From assembly GCA_964036045.1 (NCBI GenBank), contig OZ038378.1:88970001-89034000 (forward strand): a stretch of 64,000 nt of DNA, in the 5' to 3' direction. The notes under the pieces are model-generated. The model had not been told where the DNA came from. It saw only the letters and a program-made list of their open reading frames with translations, and did no database searches. The stretch's first letter is position 1; each line of letters opens with the position of its first letter. Shown in pieces: positions 9,946 through 21,093 of this stretch. The stretch is from Eutreptiella sp. 'Long Island Sound 2002' (taxonomy: Eukaryota > Protista > Euglenida). A program made the translations under genes and the position numbers.

Positions 9946-12149
9946 GCTTACCATACGAGCCCAGGCTAAAACCAAATTGTTAACTTTAATTTTTAGTAAA
10001 TGAATGGCTTGATATATTCATCGGCCAAATAATAACATGTTACCATTCCATTTTTTTGTTCGGGTCATTTGTACCCATTTTTTCATGCGCATATGACGAC
10101 CCCGAGGGCGTGTTATGTGGTACATTGTTGTACAACGGGTTAATAGAGAGGTTCCAATGTTGTGTGGTTGGGTTTTTTGGACATGTATTCTCGGCCGTTT
10201 CAATGGGAGATTCACGGGCGTGCGAATTTGACAATTTTTTGCCGTCTTTTGCGCGTACTTTGGTGCCATTGTGTGTGTTTCTCGTGCTATCTTCGCCAAA
10301 AGCGTGGTGCACTAACTAGCCACCTGGTTTGTCATATTCGGTGGTGTTAGGTCGAATCCTGAATTCACGCACCGAAATCCACGTATAGATTGACGCAAGA
10401 TTCACGGATTCACGAGACTGTGAACTTCGTACGAGTTCGTACAAATTTCGCGCGAATTTTGCACAAATTGGCCCCCATTCAGTATTGTCACTGTTCTTTG
10501 TTGCACACATTGGATATTGAACAATTTCTTTGGTAAATCCCCAGACAAAACATTACGCATGCCATTTCTTATGCTTTGTTGCATTGCTTACTAAGGAAGG
10601 GCATAGGTCATACGTGATCGTGGATGCAGTGGTGGGGGGGTCCATCGGGGTCAAACCATTGTTGCATTGCTCACACAGTTATGGGGAAGGGCATAGGTTA
10701 TAGGTGCTAGCAGATGCACGAGGGTGGGGTGGGGGGCGTCCATTGGGTCAAACCATAGGAGCGTAATGAACCACGTTTAGGGTTCGGGGGGGGGGGGGGC
10801 AAGGAGAGCCCCACTTACACCCCCTGAGTGTTTGAGTGTGGGGTTATGAGCGTGTCTTGCTTGTTGCAGTGTGGTTGAGGTTAGGGACCATACTCCTTTT
10901 CTCTTCACAGGTTTGTTTTACTCTTTCGTTTTTCGATGTCGGCTCTTCCCAGTTCCCCATCTCTAGCCAGGTAGACGAGTTGCATTGTTGACCCACCAAC
11001 AAGGATTCAGAACGCGACGCGGGTGTGCACACATAGTGGGGTAGCAGCATCCGAATCCATGGCTCCGTGCGCCTGGGTGCATCCGGACCGAGGTGTGTTG
11101 CTTGCAGTTGTTTCGTGCTGTAACATATTACTTTGGCTACAGGTATGGGTAAGTGTGTATTTTTACTCGCGAAATTTTTATTGTGGGTTTTCATTAGTTG
11201 GGAAGTGAAACAGGGGTTTTTGATGGTGCTGAACACGATGCCGACAATTTTTTTTTGTTTTGCCATTTTGCAAGGTTTCTAGACTGTGGGTTTTTCGTGC
11301 CGTTTTACCCACAAATGTACCTGTGTGGGTACATTTGCGGGTAAGTGGGTAAATTGTGTAAACTATGTGGGTAAGTCCTGTGGGTTGGCAATCCATGTAC
11401 CGTTCATGGCCAAAGGAATTTCGTGGATGTGTGTGGAGTGCGGGCTGTTTGATTTCATCGAGGGTATGTGGTTGTGTATGAGTTTCTCTCTCTCGTATGA
11501 GGGGCTGTGCGCGGGCGGTGTGTGGGTGTGGGTCAAGTGGGGGGCTGTTTGCTTTCATTAAGGGTATGTCGGTGTTTGTGTATGGCTCTGTGTGTGTCTG
11601 TGTGTGTGTGTGTGTGCGGGGGGGAGGCAGGTATAGGGAAATGTGTGTGTCCCCTACTGCTGCCCAGGGGCGCGTGACCTCACCGTGGTGTGGGGGTGAA
11701 ACGGGGGGGGGGTCCGCCCCGGGCTAACACGCAATCTGGGGGCTGACGTGGTCTAGCCGCAGCGGCCAGGGCACGGGATCGCGCGCCCCACCCCTCGCCG
11801 GCCACCGTGGGAGAGTCACGATGGCACAGGGCGGGCTCCACCGGGGGGTGGCGGTATGCGGGGGTAGACCGGGTCCCCCTGTGACCCAGCCCTCTCCAGG
11901 GCTCATGTGCGCTCCCCTACCCCAACCCACTGCACCTTGTGTTCTGCACAAGTACATCATGGGGTGGGGATACCGTCCTATCGGACGCCCGTCCGGGCCT
12001 CGGGTTGCTTGGACCGGAGCTGGGAGCTGGTGGAATAAAGGGGAGATAGCTTCGGGGCGGAGGAAAGGGCCAGAACCTGCCGCTACGGTGCTCACTGCGC
12101 CGGGGTAATGGCTCCTGCCTGCTTCCTCTACGGCTGGCTCCCCAGGAAG

Positions 12150-12600
12150 TGCTGTGAAACAAGGGGAGGCCCCCCATCACTGTTCCGGTGCCCGTGCGGG
12201 GCGGAACCGATACGTGGAGTTACGGAATGATATAAGGGGAGGCCCCCCGGGCCCGTGGTTTGAACTGCTAAGGGGAGGCCCCCCGGTCCCTCGTCCTTTG
12301 CCTGCATGGACTGGAGGAAGTGTGGAGTTATGGAATGATGGCATGATATAAGGGGTGGTCCCCCGGCCCCAGGTCCTCCGCTCTGTGAGGGTGGAGCGAC
12401 ATGAGCAAACCGATACAGTTCTGAAATAAGGGGAGGCCCCCCCGTGCCCCCCATGCCGGGTATCCCACGTGGGGCGGCCGTATGGAATGGTGGAAATTGA
12501 AATAAGGGGAGGCCCCCCCGAATTCACAAGACTGGTGACGCCCATGCGGCGTTGCCAATTCGACGGACATGTGAACCAAGGGGAGGCCCCCCGGTTGTTG
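12150..12600. repeat. Seven dispersed AAGGGGAGGCCCCCC motifs, 36-80 bp apart
   Basis: Copies near 12161, 12234, 12270, 12350, 12428, 12504 and 12578. Confidence 0.8.
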
Positions 12601-13499
12601 TGCCGTGGAGGCGCGTCATCCCCTCCCGGCGATGAGCAGTAGCGACAATGGAAACGAGGGGGGGCGCCATCCCCCCCGGGCCCCAGATGTGTATGTATCA
12701 AGTAAAATAAGTACGTCAAAGAAAGAACCAGAGTACTGTATAATGTACGCCTCCGGCCAACAACCAGAGAGGGCCGGAGGTCCAGGTAAAAGCCCGGGAC
12801 CCCCCAACGGCAGCCCCAAAGGTGAGCGCACCACTGGAAGGGGCATGTCTGCGGGGTAAAAACATGCGCTGCGTAAACGTCTAACGTAATAAATAGTGCT
12901 TACTGCTTTAACTAATGCTTAAACGGGTAAAAGGCCCTTCTCCCGGGGCTAGTTTAGTGCGCACCCCCCCGAGCCGGACCCGACCGGCCGTGCTGAGGCG
13001 AGCCCAGCGATGGGTATGACAGGCCAGACTTTAAGTGCTGGTGGTCACGCCTCAGCACACTCCGTGGGCTTAAAAGGCCCACGGGGCCTCAATTACCGTT
13101 TCTTTCGGGAGTTAAGCCCCGGCGGAATTTGGGGTTGTTCGTGGTTAAGAGGACTCACGTTGAGCCCCTGCTACTGTTACCCCGGGGTTATGACCTCCGG
13201 TACTGCCTGCTTACTTGCCTGCTGCTGCTAAGAGATAGGAACGGGGTAGGACTACCCCCCCCCCTCCCTCCCCCAGCCGGCCACGGCACCGGGGGACCCC
13301 CACTGCGGCCGCAAGGGCTACGCGTGGTTATCTCCTGGTTTCTGTCCGGTACAGAAAGGGACTGACAGTTTCCACGGCCCCCCGAACCCCCACGGGGGCT
13401 GTGGCACCCTGGTCCCCCGGGTCCTGCATGGGACGCGCGCAGATGGGGTCGCCCCGTAGGGAACGGGGGGCACACGGTCTCGCCACCAACCACACAGTG

Positions 13500-15990
13500 C
13501 CGTTGAGGGATAGTGACGACCCGTAGAGGATTGCGGGCACACGACACGCTCCTACCCCACACAGCGGCGGTTACACCCGAGTCCCTCCGGTCCTGCATGG
13601 GCCGCGGAGGGATAGGGATGCCCCGTGGGGGATTGTGGGCACACGGAGAGGTCCCCCCCCCCCGCACAGCGGCGGTCACACCCGAGTCCCTCCGGTCCTG
13701 CCTGGGCCGTGGAGGGATAGGGACGCCTCGTGGGGGGTTGTGGTCACAGGGAGAGGTCCCTCCCCCTCCCAACGGCGGTTGCACCCGAGTCCCTCCAGTC
13801 CTGCCTCCACCGCGGAGGGAGAGGGACGCCCCGTGGGGGTTTGGGGGCACACGGAGAGGTCCGTCCCCCACACAGCGGCGGTTACACCCGAGTCCCTCCG
13901 GTCCTGCCTGGGCCGCGGAGGGATAGGGACGCCCCGTTGGGGTTTGGGGGCACACGGAGAGGTCCTTCCCCCACACAGCGGCGGTTGCAACCGAGTCCCT
14001 CCGGTCATGCCTGGGCCGCGGAGGGATAGGGAGGCCCCTTGGGGGTTCGGGGGCACACGGAGAGGTCCTTCCCCCACACAGCGGCGGTTACACCCGAGTC
14101 CCTCCGGTCTTGCCTGGGTCGCGGAGGGATAGGGACGCCCTGTCGGGGTTTGGGGGCACACAGAGAGGCCCCTCCCCCACACAGCGGCGGTTACACCCGA
14201 GTCCCTCCGGTCCTGCCTGGGCCGCGGAGGGATAGGGACGCCCCGTGGGGGTTTGGGGGCACACGGAGAGGTCCCTCCCCCACACAGTGGCGGTTACACC
14301 CGAGTCCCTCCGGTCCTGCCTGGGCCGCGGAGGGATAGGGACGCCCCGTGGGGGTTTGGGGGCACACGGAGAGGTCCTTCCCCCACACAGCGGCGGTTAC
14401 ACCCGAGTCCCTCCGGTCCTGCCTAGGCCCCGGAGGGATAGGGACGCCCCGTGGCGGTTTGGGGGCACACGGAGAGGTCCCTTCCCACACAGTGGCGGTT
14501 ACACCCGAATCCCTCCGGTCCTGCCTGGGCCGTCGAGGGATAGGGGCGCCCCGTGGGCGGTTGTGGGCACACGGAGAGGACCTCCCCCACACAGCGGCGG
14601 TTACACCCGAGTCCCTCCGGTCTTGCCTGGGCCGCGGAGGGATAGGGATGCCCCGTGGGGGTTTGGGGGCACACGGAGAGGTCCCTCCCCCACACAACGG
14701 TGGTTACACCCGAGTCCCTCCGGTCCTGCCTCCACCGCGGAGGGAGAGGGACGCCCCGTGGGGGTTTGGGGGCACACGGAGAGGTCCCTCCCCCACACAG
14801 CGGCGGTTACACCCGAGTCCCTCCGGTCCTGTCTGGGGCGCGGAGGGATAGGGGCGCCCCATGGACGGTTGTGGGCACACGGATAGGTCCCTCCCCCACA
14901 CAGCGGCGGTTGCACCCGAGTCCCTCCGGTCATGCCTGGGCCGTGGAGGGGTAGGGAGGCCCCTTGGGGCTTTGGGGGCACACGGAGAGGTCCCTCCCCC
15001 ACACAGCGGCGGTTACACCCGAGTCCCTCCGGTCCTTCCTGGGCCGCGGAGGGATAGGGACGCCCCGTTGGGGTTTGAGGGCACATGGAGAGGCCCCTCC
15101 CCCACACAGCGGCGGTTACACCCGAGTCCCTCCGGTCATGCCTGGGCCGCGGAGGGATAGGGACGCCCCGTGGGGGTTTGGGGGCACATGGAGAGGTCCC
15201 TCCCCCACATAGCGGCGGTTACACCCGAGTCCCTCCGGTCCTGCCTGGGCCGCGGAGGGATAGGGACGCCCCGTGGGGCTTTGGGGGCACACGGAGAGGT
15301 CCTTCCCCCACACAGTGGCGGTTGCACCCGAATCCCTCCGGTCATGCCTGGGCCGCGGAGGGATAGGGACGCCCCGTGGGGGTTTTGTGGGCACAGGGAG
15401 AGGTCCCTCCCCCACACAGCGGCGGTTACACCCGAGTCCCTCCGGTCGTGCCTGGGCCGCGGAGGGATAGGGGCGCCCCATGGGCGGTTGTGGGCACACG
15501 GATAGGTCCCCCCCCCACACAGCGGCGGTTGCACCCGAATCCCTTTGGTCATGCCTGGGCCGCGGAGGGATAGGGACGCCCCGTGGGGGTTTTGTGGGCA
15601 CACGGAGAGGTCCCTCCCCCACACAGCGGCGGTTACACCCGAGTCCCTCCGGTCCTGCCTGGGGCGCGGAGGGATAGGGGCGCCCCATGGACGGTTGTGG
15701 GCACAAGGATAGGTCCCTCCCCCACACAGCGGCGGTTACACCCGAATCCCTCCGGTCCTGCCTGGGCCGCGGAGGGATAGGGACGCCCCCGGGGCGGTTG
15801 TGGGCTCACGGATAGGTCCCTCCCCCACACAGCGGCGGTTACACCCGAGTCTCTCCGGTCTTGCCTGGGCCGCGGAGGGATAGGGACACCCCGTGGGGGA
15901 TTTTGGGCACACGGAGAGGTCCCCCACCCACACGGCGGCGGTGACACCCTAGTCCCTCCGGTCGTGGCTGGGCTGCGGAGGGATAGGGGC
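13500..15990 (+). repeat. 103-bp GC-rich minisatellite, about 24 copies, directly upstream of the retrotransposon ORF1
   Basis: Unit cacagcggcggttacacccgagtccctccggtcctgcctgggccgcggagggatagggacgccccgtgggggtttgggggcacacggagaggtccctccccca, with an internal CCCTCCG/CGGAGGG stem. Confidence 0.95.
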
Positions 15991-16369
15991 GCCTCGTGGG
16001 GGATCTTTGGGCGCAAGGTGGGGAACGGGTACGCCCGTGGGGCCTGAGGGTGTATGCCACCCCACCCCGCGCAGGGGCAGTTCAACTCGGGTCTTCCCGG
16101 CTCCGCCGGGACCCCCAGGGGCGGGGGCCTTGTACGGGACCCGTGCGAAGGAGCCTGTGCGGAGGCTCCTGGTCTCTTCACCCACTATGCTCGGAGGCGA
16201 GACGGGCTGCCGTGGCGGCTCCTGCCTCTCCCCCGGCAGGTGGACCGGGGAAGGTCATCATCGGTGGATCCACTCTCAACCTGCGTTCTATCCTGCCGCC
16301 CTCCATCGCGGAGGGAGGGGTGCGGGGTGTTGAGGTACCCCCATCTTTGCAGGACACAGAGAACGCAAA

Positions 16370-19300
16370 ATGAGTGGCCCTATCGACCTGGCTTTCCCCG
16401 GAGAACCCGACTACCGGGACTATCCATTGCTGGATGCCATCCGGCAGGGGTCCTCAGCGGCGCACGGTCGCCTGAGGGATAGCTGGTCAGTGGCCAGCGA
16501 CAAGGCGCTGCTACAGGCCGCCGCGGATTCCCTCCCGGAGGTCGCCCGAGGGCGCCCAGAGGAGGTGCCGGACGCCCCTCGCTGGGCCCGGCGCGTGGGG
16601 GTGATCACCGCCATTACGTCCATGGGGGTTATCTTGACTCCACGGGGGTTGTGCCTCACGGCCACGGTTACTAGGTCATATGACGCCCAAACTTTCGTCT
16701 CCCATGACGTCCCCCTTATGGTGGCGGCTGGGGGACCTTTGGTCGATTACCTGGGGAGTACCATGCATCCCCGCCATCTGGATCTGGCTCGTCGGGTCAT
16801 CCCGGGGTACGCCCCTTCCGACACCCTGCGACTACGGAAGCGCTTGGCGCGGATCCTGAAAGTGGATGACACCCTAGCCGAATCCGCTAGTGCACCGCAG
16901 GTCCACCACAGCACAGCCAACGCGGCGTTACGTCCGATCGCTCCCTTTCTCTCCCCCGGCTGTCAAGCTGATTGGGGTCGTTTGGGGGCCAAGGACCAGG
17001 TACGAATTCTTTGGGCTCTGCCCAAACGGCCCACTGAGGTCTTGCCTCACATATCCGGCACGGGGAACGAACTATGGGCCGGGCTTATGGTGTGGGCCTC
17101 CCGTCAAGTGGGAGGCGCCAGCGCGGGGGTACCGGTGACCCCGTTACCGAAGGGGTTACTTGAACTCCGGGATTGGCCCCTGGACGTCCTCCGGGGTGCC
17201 TTTGAGGCTTCCACTTTACCGATTACCACGCAAGAAGCACTGGGGGAGCTGCTAGGCGATATCACGCCATCGTGGGCCTCAGCCCCTGTTCTGGCACTGC
17301 TTGCCACCAGGGGCACCGAAGCCCCTCTCGGCGCTGCGTCCTGGACGCGGGTATCCTCTCGCACCGGGGGTGGTGCAGCCGCCGCGGACGTTCCCGTTCC
17401 GGCGGGCGCTGGCGCCTCGCCGGTTGTGGACGCGGACGCAGCCGGGGACGACGACCCCACGCAACCTTACGTGAACGTGGACGGCGTGGATCCAACGGTC
17501 TCCGACCCTTGGCGATTGCTTGAGCCCTGTGCGAGGGCTACAGCCGGCGCGGTCCCGTCCGCGGGGAGCGACGCGGTCCCTCAAGGGGCACATAACCCTG
17601 AGGGGGAATCCCCCCTCGAACCCGATGGGGGTCAGCCGCGAAATCAAATTTGTGGGTACCTCCATTTATGAGTTCGACGCGGAATCTCCAATAGGGGAAC
17701 ATGTGGAAGACTCTCCCACCCCGCTGCCGATTTCGGGCCCGCCGGCTCAGGTCTCGGGGGCGGTTCCGTGCCGGCAGACCGCCACACCACCCACGCAGCC
17801 GACAGCCGGCGTGCGCCGTCCGACGGGGGCTGTGCATTGGTGGCTGCCTATCGCGCGGCCCAGTCGGGGTTTCACCCGACCATCTCGGATTCTCCAAAGC
17901 TCCTTACCGGGGGTTCTACCGGGGGCTCATACGCGAGCCCGGTATCTGCAACTCCGCAAAAGCCCGCGCCTGAGGGGGCCGGGGTGCATGTGTCTCTGGG
18001 CGACGGGGCCGGCCTCCTATGCCCACCTGGCACCGCGGCGGGCGTGCCCCACCGGGACGTCGCCCCCGCCACGAGCCCGGGTGAACGTTGGCACCCGGAG
18101 CTTACGGGGGCAGGGGGTTGCCCCCCCTTGGACACGGGGCGCCATCCCCCTCTATGGGAGTCCCGACGTCTCCACGACCTGGAGCGCGACCTGGAAGACG
18201 CCCAGGCCAAGTGTCAGGCCCTGTCCTCCGAACAGGATCGCCGCCTGCAGGAGCTGCAGCGGGTCCGTGCGGACCTGCACCGCTCCGAGGGGAAGTTGGC
18301 CTTCATTCGGCGTAACCACGCCACGGTCAGCGGGGAACTGGTGCGTCAGTGTGCCCGCACGTGGTCCCTCGAGGAGGAGGGCAGGAGCCTCCGCCGACAG
18401 CTCGCCGACGCCCAGCAGGCGGCATGCGATGTCGCGGGGGCGGTGGACGAGCGCCTCAGGCGGCACCTCCCCGCCATCCTCGAGGCTGTGCAGATTGTTC
18501 CGGACGAACACATCTCACAGCCCGCGGTGGAGCGGGCGCTGCGGGGCTGGGTGCCCGCGGGGTACGGGCCGCCCTCCACGGCGAACCCGAATTTCCGGGA
18601 GATCTGCGCGACCCTGGTCTGCGCAGCGGTCCTGCGTGTGGACCCCCCTCCGTCCCTGGAGCAGCTCTCGCGTCGGTTGCGGGTCCCAGTGCAGCCCGTT
18701 CTGCACTTCCCGACGGAGGCAGTGGGACAGGGACCCCTGCTGGGGTTGTCCGCGAACACCCGCCCGATGGGCAGGGCCTCGACGCCACACGAAGGGCCAG
18801 AGGCCTCCCCGGCGGTCCGCACGGACGGCCATCCCATCGCCGCGGTCGGACCCGGGAACCGCTCCGGGGGGGACACCACCCCCACTGTCGCAGATGCGGC
18901 CGGGATTGCAACCTCCACACCGGGGCGGGACGAGCTCCGCGCCCTCTTGGTGTACCTCAACGAGGTACCGCCGCCGCAGACGGGGGAGGCCCAGAAGCTC
19001 CATCTGCATCTGGCTACCAGGCTGGACCTCCCCCCGGAGTTCCCCCAAAGCAACCTGCGGGCCCAGTATACGGCCCTGGGCAGGCTCCTGCCCACGCGGC
19101 CCGAGCTGGGCCGACTGGTCGGGGAGTTTGTCCGGGACCGCCGGGCGGAGCCCTCCGGATCACAGACCCCGGCCCCTGTAGGTGTACAGCGGTGGGGGAG
19201 GCGTTACCCACCCGCCCGGGGCCGAGGGATCCGTGACGTGGGTGCCCAGGTCCACGTACAGTCGCGGCCGGGTGGTGTTCAAGGCTGCATCCAGCAGCTC

Positions 19301-19450
19301 CACCGCCTACGTTGCGGCCAACATCGATGCGGGGGCACTGGGGCGGTATCTGCGGCGCTCCACGGCGCTAGAGCTCCCCACCAAGGTCCGGCAAGCCGTC
19401 CTCCGCCGATTGGAGCACGCGGTGGGTCCCACGGACCGGGGGAGGCTTGA
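16370..19450 (+). pseudogene. Non-LTR retrotransposon ORF1-like region (about 1000 codons, frameshifted) with a coiled coil
   Basis: Long GC-rich ORFs 16370-17671 and 17768-19450, bridged by frame 17520. Heptad-like RRLHDLERDLEDAQAKCQALSSEQDRRLQELQRV. Lies immediately upstream of the APE domain. Confidence 0.55.
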
Positions 19451-20170
19451 CATACCCGCTACCACGCTACCACCGCGGGCTCGGGGGCCTTGGGGCTGTC
19501 ACCCTGAACCTCCGGAGAGGCCTAATGGGTAAGATGCCGGCTCTGGGATCTTGTCTACGCGGTTGGGGTTACCCAGACTTGGTGGGGCTAACGGAGGTGG
19601 GCAAGCTGCCCGCCCTCATGGTGGTCCACGCCATGTACTGGGCCACATTCACCCCCGCGGCGCATCCGGCAGCCGGGGTGGGGTTGCTGGTGCGGTGGCA
19701 TCCCACCTTTCGGGAGGTATGGCGGGACATGCACTCTAGCGGGCGCGGCGTTGCCCTGGAATACCACTGTCGGGGGGGACACATCCTGGCGGTGGTGGTG
19801 TATTTCGCGGCCGACCAGGACTTGGACATGGTGCGGAGCAACCTAGCATGGGCCCTGGGCGTCATGGCCCCCCGTCGTGGGGTGTATACCCTAATGATGG
19901 GGGATCTCAACGCCAACCCAGGGTGGGCGACACGCCTCCGGCAGGCCCCGGCTGCCTGTGGGAGGAGTTTATCCATTACACCGGCCTAATCCGCTATCAT
20001 CCCGCAGCCGAGGCGCCCACGTGGACCGACGGGCGAGGATGCGTGGGGGTGATTGACCACATTTTGCAAGGCCCTGCCCCGAAGGAGGGGCATCTGTGGG
20101 TGGACGAGGCCTCCCCCTTCCCCTCGGACCACCGCCCGGTGGTGTGGGACGCTCGGGACGCCCAGGACCC
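19447..20170 (+). pseudogene. APE/EEP endonuclease domain of the non-LTR retrotransposon, frameshifted
   Basis: VTLNLRRG, PDLVGLTE, GVGLLV, MMGDLNA, PTW, IDHIL and PSDHRPV are the canonical APE motifs in order. Confidence 0.9.
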
Positions 20171-20549
20171 GGAAGACAGACCCCCAGTGCGCCTGCGCGC
20201 CAGGCATTTTCAGATACGTGACCCGGGCGTCACAGGCAGCTACCATGCGGCCTTATCAGCGGCCCGGCGGGAGGAGGGTTTGCGGCCAGAGAGTCTGGCG
20301 GCCCTGTACGAGTATTTCCTGGCCTCCACCATACGCGCGGGGGAGAGGGCCCACGGCCCCCTCGTGAATTTCGGGGAGCTCCCAGGACGCGTAGACCGGG
20401 TCCATCGTCAGCTCTAGGCACACGCTAAGCGGTGCCCACGATGGTGGGAGTCACTGGACACGCTCAAAGAGCGCTTGGATCTACGTCAGGACCTGGCGGA
20501 AGCCTGGGAGGTGGGGAACCTGTAGCGGTATCTCTCCCATCTCCCGGAG

Positions 20550-21093
20550 GTGGCCCCCTTCGCCAGACCCTCCCGTGGGGCTTTTCGCCACCTGTACGGG
20601 CCCGCTCGCACGCCGCCGGTCCAACCGCGGTTCTGCGCTCATGTGGACGTGGCGCCGCGTGCCAGGGCCAGGGTGGCTCTGGACCAGGTGCGTCACCGAC
20701 ACCAGAAGACGCCGAGGGAGCTGACGCCGGGGGACGTCCGGGCCCTCACGGGTTGGGTCACACCCGCACAGCCACTGGGGCTGCCCACGGCTACGGCCCC
20801 CCGCCTCCGCCGCATACTCCAGCGCACCGGCAACACGGCGCCGGCTCGCGACCAGTCGCAGTACTGGATGTTGCACGAGATGGACGACGAAGGCCTCGCC
20901 ATTGTATGCGAGGTCGTCAACCGCTACATGCGGGGGGAACGCCTGGAGGGCCTTTCGCACGGGGACCCCCACCTCCTCCCTAAGAAACCTCCCCATGGCA
21001 TTGGGGCCAACGACAGCCCGCTCACCAGCCTTGTCCTTCTGCGCAAGGTAGTGGGTCTGGTGATAATGGAAGAGGAGCAGCCCTGGCTTCGGG
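20550..21093 (+). pseudogene. Reverse transcriptase N-terminal part, truncated at the fold-back junction
   Basis: APARDQSQYWML, LLPKKP..ANDSPLTSLVLLRKVV correspond to degenerate LINE RT domains 0-2. Confidence 0.75.

Noticed and set aside
13188-16181. Many 65-260 aa ORFs on both strands
   Set aside because: They are translations of the stop-poor 103-bp GC-rich array; the peptides repeat with the unit.
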